Positions 45,731 through 57,200 of a stretch of DNA of 64,000 nucleotides are shown here, piece after piece (position 1 is the stretch's first letter; every line of letters starts with the position of its first letter). The position numbers and the translations under genes were made by a program. The stretch comes from an uncultured virus (IMG/VR IMGVR_UViG_3300025392_000003) (taxonomy: Duplodnaviria > Heunggongvirae > Uroviricota > Caudoviricetes). Below the pieces are notes generated by a model. It was given only the letters and a program-made list of their open reading frames with translations, was not told where the DNA came from and made no database searches. The DNA lies in the IMG/VR virus record IMGVR_UViG_3300025392_000003; one strand, written 5' to 3'.

Positions 45731-46156
45731 CTACTCAAAGTGGAGAGTCGTGTTGTATCCGTTTAGGCCGTTCTCGTCATAGTTGTTTTCCACATACATA
45801 ATGATTGGGTGCTTGAGAATTGGCTGGGTCTGGTTTGGAACTGTGACTCGGCTTTCTGTGGTGATATTTGGGTAGAAGCCAGTTAGGTAGGCTCGACCCG
45901 AACTGTATCGGTCACGACCATCCATAGAGGGCATCACCTTAATCTCGTATTCCAAACGACACTTGTAAGCGACCGATGGGCCGTATTCCACCGTGCTATC
46001 GCTAGTTCCGTCTGCGCCTACATAGTGGCGACCATAGCCGTCTAAAACCACAGTTCCCTGACTGCCTTGGTTTGGAATAATATTCTCAACCAGAATCGTC
46101 TGGGTCATCAAAGCAACTAGGTCTGGGTCAATCCCAAAAGACGAAATATCGCTCAT
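45731..46156 (-). CDS. Head-to-tail stopper (head closure)
   Basis: DGYG...YG....YKCR; synteny after adaptor. Confidence 0.7.
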   Translation of the reverse strand: MSDISSFGIDPDLVALMTQTILVENIIPNQGSQGTVVLDGYGRHYVGADGTSDSTVEYGPSVAYKCRLEYEIKVMPSMDGRDRYSSGRAYLTGFYPNITTESRVTVPNQTQPILKHPIIMYVENNYDENGLNGYNTTLHFE

Positions 46157-46677
46157 TAGCCGATGTCTTCCTGAACGACCTCAACAATGTTTTCTTGGAT
46201 TTCACCAGCGATATCAAGAGGGTCATAGTTGCCAACGCCATAAGTCGAGGTGACACCCGTGACAGAGTTGGTCGGCCAAGCGTTCGGCTCGGCGTAGTAG
46301 GGGTCCATAAAGCCAACCTTGAGTTCCGCACCGAGGGCGCGTGGGTCGGCGTTCGCTGATGGTGGGGCAACTCGGCGTGAACGGATAAGCAAGTCTTTCG
46401 CCAAGCGCTCGTAGCGTTGGGCTCGGTCGCCAAGTGATTTGCTGATAGACAGACCACCGACGCTCTTGCTCTCACTTTGGGCTGCGCCAGTGAAGAAAGC
46501 CGCAAGGTTAAAGCAAGTGTTAGAAGCGGCTCGGTATGGCTCGTTGTTGACCTCGCCTAAGTTAAAGTAGATTTCTTCGTCTTGAACGATTTGGTTGTCA
46601 ATGTTCGTATCGCCAATGAGGTAGCGAACCGTGTCTTTTGGTGATGAGCCGGGGTTTGCGGAATAAGTCCAAGACAT
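46156..46677 (-). CDS. Head-to-tail adaptor
   Basis: MSWTYS.NP..SPKD.VRYLIGDT...DEEI...SVGGLSIS. Confidence 0.75.
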   Translation of the reverse strand: MSWTYSANPGSSPKDTVRYLIGDTNIDNQIVQDEEIYFNLGEVNNEPYRAASNTCFNLAAFFTGAAQSESKSVGGLSISKSLGDRAQRYERLAKDLLIRSRRVAPPSANADPRALGAELKVGFMDPYYAEPNAWPTNSVTGVTSTYGVGNYDPLDIAGEIQENIVEVVQEDIG

Positions 46678-46686
46678 AGTTATCCT

Positions 46687-47028
46687 TTACATTTGGGCGA
46701 AGTCAAACTTGATTGACCCCGTGAGAATACGCTGCGCCCCGCTAGAAGTCTGCGTTGCGGTGATTTGGAAATACCAACGACCAGAGGTGAGGTTAACCAA
46801 CTCGTTGTCAGCCCATACAACCACTAGGTTTGATGAGCCATTAGTGCTGGTCAGGCCGTAAAAACCGCTAGTTTTCGTGACCTGAACTGGGTTTGGTGGC
46901 TGGGCGATTTTCATCACAAAAGTCCAGCCTGTGCTGAAATCAAGGGGTGTGCCACTCGAATCCAACCAGAGAAAGTTAGCGTTCGGCAGTGAAGCGGCGG
47001 GCGTTGGGTATTCCAAAGTGTCGGGCAT
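46687..47028 (-). CDS. BppU-like beta-sandwich virion protein
   Basis: D..G.PLDF.TGW.F...L..GRWYFQI...RILTG.I. Confidence 0.55.
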   Translation of the reverse strand: MPDTLEYPTPAASLPNANFLWLDSSGTPLDFSTGWTFVMKIAQPPNPVQVTKTSGFYGLTSTNGSSNLVVVWADNELVNLTSGRWYFQITATQTSSGAQRILTGSIKFDFAQM

Positions 47029-48275
47029 TAGGTGTTATTCCATTTCCTCTCGGTAAACAAGGATACGTCATCCTCTTGGAAAGTCGCATTGGCCGAAGAT
47101 TCCTCAATGACTGCTTGGCCGTGTTCTTGGCTAGTCACGCTATTTACCTCTTGGTCAATAAAGGTGTTGTAGTAATCCTTAAAGATAATTGGCGAGCCAA
47201 TAATTAGCGGTAAGAGAACTTTTATCGCAACTGTGAATTGCTTGAGTGAGTTATTACCCAACTCGGTAATTGCGCGCGACCGCACATCTTCAGCAGCGAG
47301 TCGTAAGGCCGCCGAAGCCGCAGCGAGGCGAGTTTGGAACTTGACACTCGAAGTCTTTTGCGTTAGGTTGGCCGAGCCAGACTCCGTGCGAGCCTGTGAC
47401 CTTGTGGAAGATAGGGCTTGCTTTTCAGCAGAAGAACCAGAACGAATAATCGCCCTAGCCGCCGTTCCGACAGTAGCCATAATCGTTGCGTTGTAGGCGA
47501 GTTTGGAAATAGCGCGCTTGGTAATAGAGGTGGAGACTTGCGTGAGGGATACGGCAGAGGTCGATGCTTTGCCCTGCGACTTGGTGGAACTAACGGCTTC
47601 CTTTTGGGAAGTAGAACCAGACCTAATAAGGGTCTTATTTGGCACGGCAATCTGGGTCAGGATTTCAGCAGTTGAGGCAAGTTTGGAAACTCCCCGGGTG
47701 CGCAGAGAAGTAGTTGCCTGAATAAGAGAGATGGAAGAAACCCCAAAAAGACTAGAAGATTTGGAAGAAGTAGTCCTTTCGACCAGAGCCGTAGCCCCAG
47801 CATCCGAGCGGGTTTGCGACCGGCTAGAGGATTGGCTCTCTATTTCAGCAGCCGAAGCAGAACGAATCTTTCCTTGACTCTTGACCCCATCCGTGATGAA
47901 GTAGGTGGCTTCCAAACCAGTTTTATTGGTGGATTTGCTAGAAGCACTCCCTTGTGCCAATAGGAGACTAGCGACTTGCTCTTTGTAGAGGTTATGGGAT
48001 TTGGAAGATACCGCCGAAAAAGTAGCCAGAACCGAACTTGTTGGGTTATTGGCTGTGACCTTAAATTGGGTTTGGAAAGCGTAAAGTGCAACCGAACTAA
48101 TTGGGTTATTGGCAGTCGTCTTGGTATCAACGGTCTGGTCGAGTGCTGAAACGATACCTACTACGGAATAGACCTTGCCGATAGCACCATTGGCGTAAAG
48201 GCCACTAAAGGCCGTATCACCACCGCCGTTGTAGAGAGTTGAGAAGACTCCGTAAGTCTGGGTAGTGACGGGCAT
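47028..48275 (-). CDS. Ser/Thr/Ala-rich repetitive virion protein
   Basis: Degenerate ~26-aa repeats; located in structural module. Confidence 0.55.
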   Translation of the reverse strand: MPVTTQTYGVFSTLYNGGGDTAFSGLYANGAIGKVYSVVGIVSALDQTVDTKTTANNPISSVALYAFQTQFKVTANNPTSSVLATFSAVSSKSHNLYKEQVASLLLAQGSASSKSTNKTGLEATYFITDGVKSQGKIRSASAAEIESQSSSRSQTRSDAGATALVERTTSSKSSSLFGVSSISLIQATTSLRTRGVSKLASTAEILTQIAVPNKTLIRSGSTSQKEAVSSTKSQGKASTSAVSLTQVSTSITKRAISKLAYNATIMATVGTAARAIIRSGSSAEKQALSSTRSQARTESGSANLTQKTSSVKFQTRLAAASAALRLAAEDVRSRAITELGNNSLKQFTVAIKVLLPLIIGSPIIFKDYYNTFIDQEVNSVTSQEHGQAVIEESSANATFQEDDVSLFTERKWNNT

Positions 48276-48293
48276 AGCCCCTTACCTACCTGA

Positions 48294-48989
48294 CTAGTTG
48301 CTCATCAACCAAGTAGGTGTGACTGTCAGGGTGTCGTTTACGGCTAGAACTGGCGTTGAGGCATCAGCAAAGTTGGCGGCGTAAAGGAGTTTTCCTGAAG
48401 TTCCACTAGCAACTGTCGTGATGAAGTAGCCGGTTGAAGCAGTTGACCAAGCACCTGTGGCGGGGCCGAAAGTCACGGCAGTAGCGACAGTCTTCTGACC
48501 GCTTACGGCATCACCAATCTTGATAACCGCCGAAGTCGTTGCCGTTGCGGGGGCGTTCAGAACGATTTGCGAAGAACCGGGGAGTGCGGTGATTACGAAC
48601 AGGGAAGCCGCACCAGAACCCTGTGCGCCACCAGTAGCACCAGCGATGTCAATGCTCATACCTACGGCGAGGCTTGCGTAAGTGCCGGTGGTGAAAGAGC
48701 CGACAGCAATCAAGTTGGAAGAAGTGACCGAACCGTTGAGGGTAGAAGCAGCAAAGGGTGTTGACCAGATAGTTGAGAGGGCTGGTGCGCCGAACGAAAC
48801 AGCCTTGCGAGCATAGCCAGAGCCAGTCTGCTCATACCAAGCCGAGCCAACTGCTGAAAGAGTCGTGGTGGCCGCTGGTATAGTTCCCGTAAAGAGGCCG
48901 ATATAAAGCGAAGAGTAAGTCGTTGGGCTTGAGGTGATGACCTGATTCAGTAGGACATCAAGACCTTCGTTGATAAATACCTGTGCCAT
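48294..48989 (-). CDS. Virion structural protein (fibre-associated)
   Basis: LYIGLFT...GSGYARKAVSF...VTFGPATGAW...GKLLY. Confidence 0.6.
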   Translation of the reverse strand: MAQVFINEGLDVLLNQVITSSPTTYSSLYIGLFTGTIPAATTTLSAVGSAWYEQTGSGYARKAVSFGAPALSTIWSTPFAASTLNGSVTSSNLIAVGSFTTGTYASLAVGMSIDIAGATGGAQGSGAASLFVITALPGSSQIVLNAPATATTSAVIKIGDAVSGQKTVATAVTFGPATGAWSTASTGYFITTVASGTSGKLLYAANFADASTPVLAVNDTLTVTPTWLMSN

Positions 48990-49045
48990 AGAGACTCCTA
49001 AAAGGGGTTTTCGCTGTCTCTATCTTGCCACAAGATTTGGAAAAT

Positions 49046-50290
49046 CTAGACTTGTGCGCCTCGCCACCCGCCAAAGCGTTCTTCGCCCTTGACTGCTATG
49101 AGATTTGCTAGCACATAGGAGATATTGTGCTTCTGGTGAAACTCCGATGGGAAGTAGGTTAGGAGTCGGCTAGTTTGGAAGTCCATCTTGAGTTCTGGCA
49201 CGAATCGGCGGAAGTTCTCATCTATGAAATACCAAAAAGAGTTTTCGTTGTAGAACGAGTTATGGGTTGGGTCTTGGAAAGCACCCCTACCGTCAGTCGA
49301 GGGCGTAATGCTCAAAACCATACCCCCATCAGCCAAAACACGATACATTTCGTTCCAAAGACCAATCTTGTCTGGTATGTGCTCGAGGAAATCAGCAGCC
49401 CGAATAACGCCCACCGAGTTGTCTGGCATACTTGCCAAAACATCAAAGATATCGCCAACAATATCGGCATCGTGTAGGTCAACAGTTTGGAAGCCGGGCT
49501 TGGGATTGTGAGCCCCGCCCAAATCTAGAGCGCGTAAATGGTTGTCTCCGGCCCATTTCAGCAAAAGGTCGGAGATATAAATGTTGTATAACTCCAAAGT
49601 TCCGGCTTGGATTTTTGGGTTGATTTGGGGGTCGGCCTGTGTCTGATTCGCGTGGATACGCTGTAGATACAAGTTCTCCTTTATGTGGTGGAACTTGGTC
49701 TGTAGGTAGAGGCGACACATAAGGTCTTGGTCATCAAGGATTTCCAAACCGGGGTTGTACCCATTAGCCGAGTCGTATGCCTTACGAGTAAAGGCTCGTA
49801 GGTGATTTGGGGCGAACCAGATAAGGGAGATGTGGTGGGGGTGTGGAGATTTGGAATTGGTTATGTGGTATCCGTCTTCATCACGATACGACCATCCGAA
49901 CCGAGAATCAAACTCGTTAAAGTTTGGAGTTCCGTCTTCGTTGATTTGGGCAAAGTCGGAATAGACAAACCCAACCCCTTCGTTTTCACTAAACGCCTCT
50001 GCGACTTTTTCCAAAGCGGTAGGCATAAGTTTGTCATCGTGGTCTAGTTCTAAGAGGATTTCACCACCGCAAAGGGATACCGCCTCACGCTTTAGTGCGC
50101 CTACGGCTTTAGTCTCGGTGGTCGCCTGAACGACTTTGATACGCTTATCTCGCTTGGGCGGTTTCCATTCCGCCCCGTTATTCAGCAGAACTACCCATTC
50201 CCAATCCTCATACGATTGTGTTATGAGGCTTTCATAGGTTTCGGTAAGCCACTTTGGGTTGTGGCTGGGTGTGAATACTGAAATGGTCAT
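49046..50290 (-). CDS. GT2 (GT-A) glycosyltransferase fused to class I SAM methyltransferase-like domain
   Basis: ISVFTPSHN, ELDHDD, DDQDL; LDLGG, DFLEHI, EMYRVL..GG, FQDPTH; leaderless start ATG 50290. Confidence 0.85.
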   Translation of the reverse strand: MTISVFTPSHNPKWLTETYESLITQSYEDWEWVVLLNNGAEWKPPKRDKRIKVVQATTETKAVGALKREAVSLCGGEILLELDHDDKLMPTALEKVAEAFSENEGVGFVYSDFAQINEDGTPNFNEFDSRFGWSYRDEDGYHITNSKSPHPHHISLIWFAPNHLRAFTRKAYDSANGYNPGLEILDDQDLMCRLYLQTKFHHIKENLYLQRIHANQTQADPQINPKIQAGTLELYNIYISDLLLKWAGDNHLRALDLGGAHNPKPGFQTVDLHDADIVGDIFDVLASMPDNSVGVIRAADFLEHIPDKIGLWNEMYRVLADGGMVLSITPSTDGRGAFQDPTHNSFYNENSFWYFIDENFRRFVPELKMDFQTSRLLTYFPSEFHQKHNISYVLANLIAVKGEERFGGWRGAQV

Positions 50291-50311
50291 AAAGACCACT
50301 CTAGTCTTTTT

Positions 50312-51262
50312 CTAGTCGTTCGGAGACCAACGAATGATAACTAAACCATTAGCACCATTACCCGCAGTTCCGCCAGATGAATAAGCGTTGCCCGTTCCAC
50401 CACCGCCACCAGAACCATAGGTTGTTCCGTTTCCAGCGTTTGCTGAGCCACTGCCAGTCATTGCGCCAGCGCCACCACCGCCAGTTCCCCCAGCACCACC
50501 AGCATAATAAGTTCCCGTGGTAGTGCTGTTTACAAACGTGTATCCACCACCACCACCACCACCGGCCGCTACAGTTCCCAACTGCGTAGTGGCATTGATG
50601 TACCAAGTGCTTGCCCCTGTGTAGCCAGAACCACCTGCTCCACCAACAGACGACGTTGCGTTGCTACCACCAGCGCCCTGTCCAGCACCACCGCCACCGA
50701 ATTGTGCGTTAGCCGTTCCGCCTGTGTGATAAGTACCTACGGCTCCATTTGCGTTGTAATAGCCACCACCACCGTTAGCGCCAGTAGTTCCGCTTGAACC
50801 AGTAGTTCCTGTTCCACCGCCACCCGTTCCTGCACCTTGAAAAGATTGACCAAGGGCGCTAGTTGCAGACCCGCCCGTTCCGTTTCCACCTGTAGTAGCA
50901 CCGGCACCACCGGCACCAATAGTAATGGCATAATTTCCAGCGGTTAAACCATTAAGTGAAACAATGTTTGCATAGCCTGCTCCACCACCACCGCCACCCA
51001 AGTCAAAGTTAACTCGGTTTACACCAGTTCCAGTAAAGTTTGAGCCACCCAAACCACCGCCACCGCCACCGCCAACTCCCAATACTTGAGGGTTATAAAT
51101 TGTGCCCGTAATGTATAAAGTTGCAGAACCCACCGTGCTTAAAACAGCGTATACATAACCGTCAGAACCAACAAAAGTTGTTCCATTGGTTATTGATGAA
51201 ACGGCGCCTTGTCGTCTTGTGTAAAGGTTTTTTGATATAGAAAAAGAACTGTTAATTGGCAT
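50312..51262 (-). CDS. Glycine-rich tail-fibre-associated protein
   Basis: VGGGGGGG...GGGGGAG...YAITIGAGG...GANGLVIIRW; start 51262 via TAATG overlap. Confidence 0.75.
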   Translation of the reverse strand: MPINSSFSISKNLYTRRQGAVSSITNGTTFVGSDGYVYAVLSTVGSATLYITGTIYNPQVLGVGGGGGGGLGGSNFTGTGVNRVNFDLGGGGGGAGYANIVSLNGLTAGNYAITIGAGGAGATTGGNGTGGSATSALGQSFQGAGTGGGGTGTTGSSGTTGANGGGGYYNANGAVGTYHTGGTANAQFGGGGAGQGAGGSNATSSVGGAGGSGYTGASTWYINATTQLGTVAAGGGGGGGYTFVNSTTTGTYYAGGAGGTGGGGAGAMTGSGSANAGNGTTYGSGGGGGTGNAYSSGGTAGNGANGLVIIRWSPND

Positions 51263-54200
51263 TAGTATTTCACGAGACTTAACAACATAGTCCAAGCACT
51301 TGAACCCGTGCTGATTACGGTAAAAGTATAGATGTCTAATGTTGAAGCGTCTGCGGTAGCCCAAGCAGTTCCACCAGCGTAGTAAGTAGTAATACTATTG
51401 TTAGTAGCACCTTGCGCTGGTAGTACGGTTGTGCTTGCACCCGCTTGCGTTCCGTTGATTGTAATGTTTTTTGGCAAGTAAGCCGTAGCACCATTGATAA
51501 CCATAAGGACATAGGTTGCTGATTGACCCACAACTGTTGGGGCGTTAGTCAAGGCAACGGTATAGGTTGCTGTTGGGTTTGTCGTGTAGAAGTATGGCAA
51601 AGCCGTAGACGCTGACAAAGTAGCCGTGTTCGTTCCGCTAAGTGCCGTTGAGGTGTTGATTGAGACAGTCTCAAATGGGCTTGTAAGGATTGGGTTGGTA
51701 AGCGTCTTGTTGCTTAAGGTGGCTACAATTGTGTTGGTGACTAGGGTATCCGAGGTCGTAGTTGAGGACGGGAATAAGAAAGTCTGGTTGTTTGAGCCAC
51801 CGTTAAAGTTCAGGTAGGCGTTCTGACCACTATTGTTGCTATCCAAAATTGTTAGTGGAACATTGGGGCCGCCGTTTTGTGCGATAAGCCCACCGCCAAA
51901 GTTGACGCTTCCGCTAAAAGTTGGTGCGTTTGCTAGAACTTGAGTTCCAGTTCCTGTCGTTCCGTATTGGTTGTAATACCAAACTCCACTTTCGTAAACG
52001 AAAGTCGCCGTGTAGCCACCGTAAAGAGTTATGGTGGCCTGCCCTGTGGTGATGTTGTAGTACCCCTGTTCCAAGGTTAGGGTGTTCGTGCTACTACGAG
52101 AAACGGTGATGTTAACGCTTGCGTAGTTTGCTACTGTGTTTATCGTTCCGTTTGCTGGCGAAGAGGGGAGACTGATAGTTCCCGTGCTTGAGCCAGTAAA
52201 GATTGTGTATTCCCCAGCATTCGCCGTTGCTGAACCTGTGCGTTGAGTAGCCGAAACTCCTGATGGAGTGGCAGTTGATGTTCCTGTAATTCGGCCCTTA
52301 GCATCGTAGGTGATTACTGGAATCTGGGTTGATGAACCTACCGTGCTTCCTGTGACGATTGAGGCAAGGGTGGGGTTTGGATATGTTCCAGTCAAGTCAC
52401 CACCGGCAGAGCCGTTAGGGGGCAAAGAGGTTGGAATCTGACCAAAAGCAGCGGCATCAGTTGAGGCCGTTCCGTTGGCGAGACTCGTAATCTTCTGGCT
52501 GTTCATAGCCAGAGTTCCGTAGATTGTGGTGTTTCCGCTAGAACTAATAGTCATAGCGTCTGTCGCGCCGTTATTTACTACAAAGTGAATCGCCTGTGGG
52601 CCGTAAGTTCCAACTGCTAGTTCGGTTGAGCCCGAAGCGAGGTAAACCATTCCCGCTTTTCCAAACGCGCCCGTTCCTTGGAAGCCAGAAGAGTTGATAC
52701 CGATTTCACCATAGTTAGAGTTGTTGCTACCTTGGTCGTTCGAGATATTGAAGTTCGCGCTCGCTTGCGTTCCGTTGCTTAGGTTCTGAATAATAACTTG
52801 GTTGTAGTTATTGACCGTAGAAGCGATTGACTCCATAATGTTTACATCGGAGTATCCGAGTGCTGAACCATTTTGGATTACGCCGACATTGGTTGAGGTC
52901 GTATTGGATGGCGTGTTCGTGACATCAATATTTGGAACGAACAATTCACCAGTTAGCGTTCCACCTGTAAGGGGGAGTGCGTTTTGCGCGCCGCTTACAC
53001 CTTGATACCCTTGATACCCTTGTGGCCCCTGAACGGCAGATTGCGCGCCTTGGTTTCCTTGATTACCTTGGAAACCTTGACTTCCCTGATTTCCTTGAGC
53101 ACCCTGATTGCCCTGCGAACCCTGTGCGCCGTTTCCTGTGGTGAGAAGCGTGGCGGTGAACATACTGTTTTGGTATGCGCCACTACCAACTAACTGCTGG
53201 CTAGTCGTGTTTGAGGTGTAGGCGGTGAAATACACATAGTCGGTTGAGCCGTTGAGGTAGATAGCCTTAGAGCCGTTAACGGTGCGTTGGTTGTTGCTAT
53301 CAATAGTCGAACCGATAATAAGGAATGTTCCACCACCAACGGTGTGCAACTGAATATTGTTCTGACCTGTTTGGCCTGCTGTTCCCGTCTGCCACTCGAT
53401 AGAAACATCAATAAGGTAGTAGCCGGGGATAGTCGGCTGAAAGCGATAGTTTGGTGAACCGTTCCACCAACCTTGAGGGTCGGCTGTAGCCGTAAACTGA
53501 ATAGTCTGGTCAGAACCTTGTGTGATTGTCTGGTTGGCCGCCAAAGCACCAACCGTGACATACTGACTAGCCGTGAGCAAGCCACCTTGCGTTCCCTGCG
53601 TTCCTTGACTTCCTTGGTATCCCTGAACTCCTTGACTTCCGGTAGTTCCTTGTGTTCCTTGCGAACCTTGGTTGCCTTGTGTTCCCTGTGTTCCTTGCGT
53701 TCCTTGGTTGCCTTGATAACCTTGAGCGCCCTGACTACCAGTAGAGCCAGTCGCACCTTGGTTTCCTTGTGTTCCTTGAGAACCAGTCGTTCCCTGAAAT
53801 CCTTGATTACCTTGCGAACCCGTAGCACCCATTGTTCCTTGGTTTCCTTGTGAACCTTGAAATCCTTGTGAGCCTTGACTACCAGTTGCGCCCTGATTAC
53901 CTTGGAACCCCTGAGAACCTTGCGAACCTGTCGTTCCCTGATAGCCCTGTGAACCCTGAGAGCCTGTGCTTCCTTGGTTGCCTTGATTTCCTTGAGTGCC
54001 TTGCGTTCCTTGGTTTCCCTGAAAACCCTGTGGTCCGACAACACCGGCAATTCCAAAAGTCCAAGAGGTGAAAGTTCCTGTTCCGCTTGTCGTATCTACG
54101 AGAACCGTGATAGACGAGTTGGGCGTTAGGGCGGTGATGTTTCCTTCAAGCCAGTTGGTTGCGCTGTTTGCTACACGGACACGCAGACCCACGGCAAACG

Positions 54201-57200
54201 CCTGAGTAGCGGCTACTGAAAAAGTAAGCGACCCTGTTCCAATTGTTGTTGAGGTAGATGAGGTGACACCCGAATAGCCTGTGCCTTGGAAACCCTGATT
54301 ACCTTGGTTGCCCTGAGAACCCGTTGTTCCCTGCGTTCCTTGGTTGCCTTGGAATCCTTGATTACCTTGACTTCCTGTAGTTCCCTGATTACCCTGATAG
54401 CCCTGAGCGCCCTGCGAGCCGGTGGAACCTTGTGAGCCAGTTGAACCCTGTGTGCCTTGGAAACCTTGTGAACCCTGTGACCCCGTAGAACCCTGATTAC
54501 CTTGGTTTCCTTGCGCACCCTGCGCACCAGTGGAACCCTGCGCACCTGTAGCACCCGTAGAACCTTGTGACCCTGTTGCGCCAGTAGAACCCGTTGTTCC
54601 CTGATTTCCTTGATTACCCTGATACCCTTGCGAGCCCGTTGTTCCTTGGAAGCCTTGACTTCCTTGAGCGCCGGTAGAACCCTGAACGCCTTGATACCCT
54701 TGACTTCCTTGTGCGCCAGTGCTACCTTGCGAACCAGTTGCCCCTTGGAACCCTTGGTTTCCCTGTGAGCCTGTAGTGCCTTGCACGCCTTGGTTTCCTT
54801 GCGAACCAGTAGAACCTTGCGCACCCGTGTTGCCCTGCGAGCCAGTCTGACCTTGGAAGCCCTGCGGTCCTTGTGAACCAGTTGCGCCCTGACTTCCGGT
54901 AGCACCTGTAGAACCCTGCGAACCTGTTGCGCCAATAGAACCCTGCGTTCCCTGATACCCTTGCGAGCCTTGAGCACCAGTACTTCCTTGCGAACCCTGC
55001 GAGCCAGTTTGACCTTGATACCCCTGTGACCCTTGCGAACCAATGGAGCCTTGAGAACCTGTTTGACCTTGTGTTCCCTGATACCCCTGTGAACCCGTGC
55101 TTCCTTGCGAACCGGTTGCCCCCTGATACCCCTGATTTCCCTGTGTGCCAGCAACACCCTGAAAACCCTGATTTCCTTGGTATCCCTGTGAGCCTAGAAC
55201 TCCCTGAAAACCCTGTGTTCCTTGAGTTCCCTGACTACCCTGAAATCCTTGATACCCCTGAAGACCTTGATATGTGATTTGTTGTGCCGTAAAGATTACG
55301 CCCGGCGTTGCTGGAACCGTTGGGCTTGTTTGTGCTGCGGTTGTGGTGATAGCGATAGTTGTGCTTGATACCGCCCACGCCAACTGAACATAATCACCAG
55401 CGTTTACATTGACTAGGTAGTTGATGGCTGCGATAAGTGCGCCAGAGCCACCGTGACTTGTGCCGGGAACATTGTAAATTGAGTTTGTTTCAGCGACATC
55501 TGAACCATTTTTGCGTAGCCACACATCAACATTGTCCGAGTTGCTATCCGAGTTGGTGAACTGAATTGAGTATTGGATGTTGTATGTGCCAGCATAACTA
55601 AAGGTGACTTGGTTGCCACTAACGATAGAAATGCCGTAGTTTCCGCTTGTGGTGTTTATGCCAACTACATAGGCGGTTGTAGTTGATGAGGCGGTTTGGG
55701 TCGTAGTGTCGTATGCTGAAATGTAAGGGGCGACCACTCCACCAGCACCCTGAACTCCCTGATATCCCTGCGCACCTATACCTGCGGTTTCGGTAAAAGT
55801 GATTGCATCGGTCCCGATACGAATAGAGGCGTCTGGGTTTGAGCCGTTGCCATACTGAACCCAAGTGGTGTTTCCGTAAAGCGTTCCGTTTGTAATAAAG
55901 GAGTAGTCGCCGCTAATCACCTGTAGGGCTATGTGGTTGTCATAGTCGGTGGCACGAGTGAATGAATACTTGCTTGTTGGCGAACCGAGGCTAGTGACCG
56001 TGTAGATTCCGTTTTCGATATTGTTTGTGCGGCCTGTAAAGAGGATTCTGTCTCCAACCGAGAGGCTCACGCCATCAATAGCGCCCAAAGCACCGTTAGC
56101 CGTTGCTGTGATAGTCGCACCGACACCTGTTCCGTTTTCAGCATCCGCCGAACCTGCCGCATAAGTTGCGGGCAAGTTGTTGGTATAGACGACCTTTACT
56201 GCTGGGTGAGCGTTGGCTGTGCTAGTAGCGCCCTGCGTTCCTTGATTACCTTGATAACCTTGTGCTCCTTGGGAACCAGTCGCACCTTGGGAACCAGTTG
56301 AACCCTGCGAGCCTGTTGCTCCTTGGAAGCCTTGACTTCCCTGTGAGCCTGTAGAACCTTGTGCGCCAGTGCTTCCTTGTGCACCTGTGGCACCTTGGAA
56401 ACCCTGACTACCAGTTGCTCCAATAGCGCCCTGAGAGCCAGTCAGACCTTGTGTACCCTGAGTTCCCTGTACGCCTTGATTACCTTGCGGGCCGACAACG
56501 CCAGCAACCCCGAATGTCCAAGAGGTGAATGTTCCAGAACCAGACGTTGTGTCAACACTAACTGTTATTGATGTATTGGCGGAGGTGATTGTTCCTTCAA
56601 CCCAGTTGCTTGCGCTATTGGCAACACGGACACGTGTACCAACCGAAAATGCTTGAGTATTAGATACTGCCCAAGTGAGTGCGCCTGTTCCAATCGTCAC
56701 CGACGAGGTTGAGGTGACGCCTGCATAGCCAGAACCTTGGTACCCCTGCGTTCCTTGAGCGCCAGTTGCGCCTTGGCTCCCTTGAGTACCTTGCGCTCCC
56801 TGAACTCCTTGGAAACCTTGATTGCCCTGAAAGCCTTGCGCTCCTGTAGCGCCCTGTGAACCTGTAGCGCCTTGATAACCCTGTGAGCCTTGGGAACCTT
56901 GCGCACCAGTACTTCCCTGTGCGCCCGTAGACCCTTGAACACCCTGCGTTCCTTGGAACCCCTGCGTTCCTTGACTACCTTGACTTCCCTGCGAACCTGT
57001 GTTGCCCTGAAAGCCTTGGCTACCTTGTGAGCCGGTAGAACCTTGGAAACCCTGATTGCCTTGCGTTCCTTGTGAGCCTGTAGAGCCTTGTGTTCCCTGA
57101 CTACCCGTTGAGCCTTGCGTTCCTTGATTTCCTTGGAAGCCCTGCGAACCCTGACTACCCTGAGAACCAGTAGCACCAGTTGAGCCTTGCGCGCCAGTTG

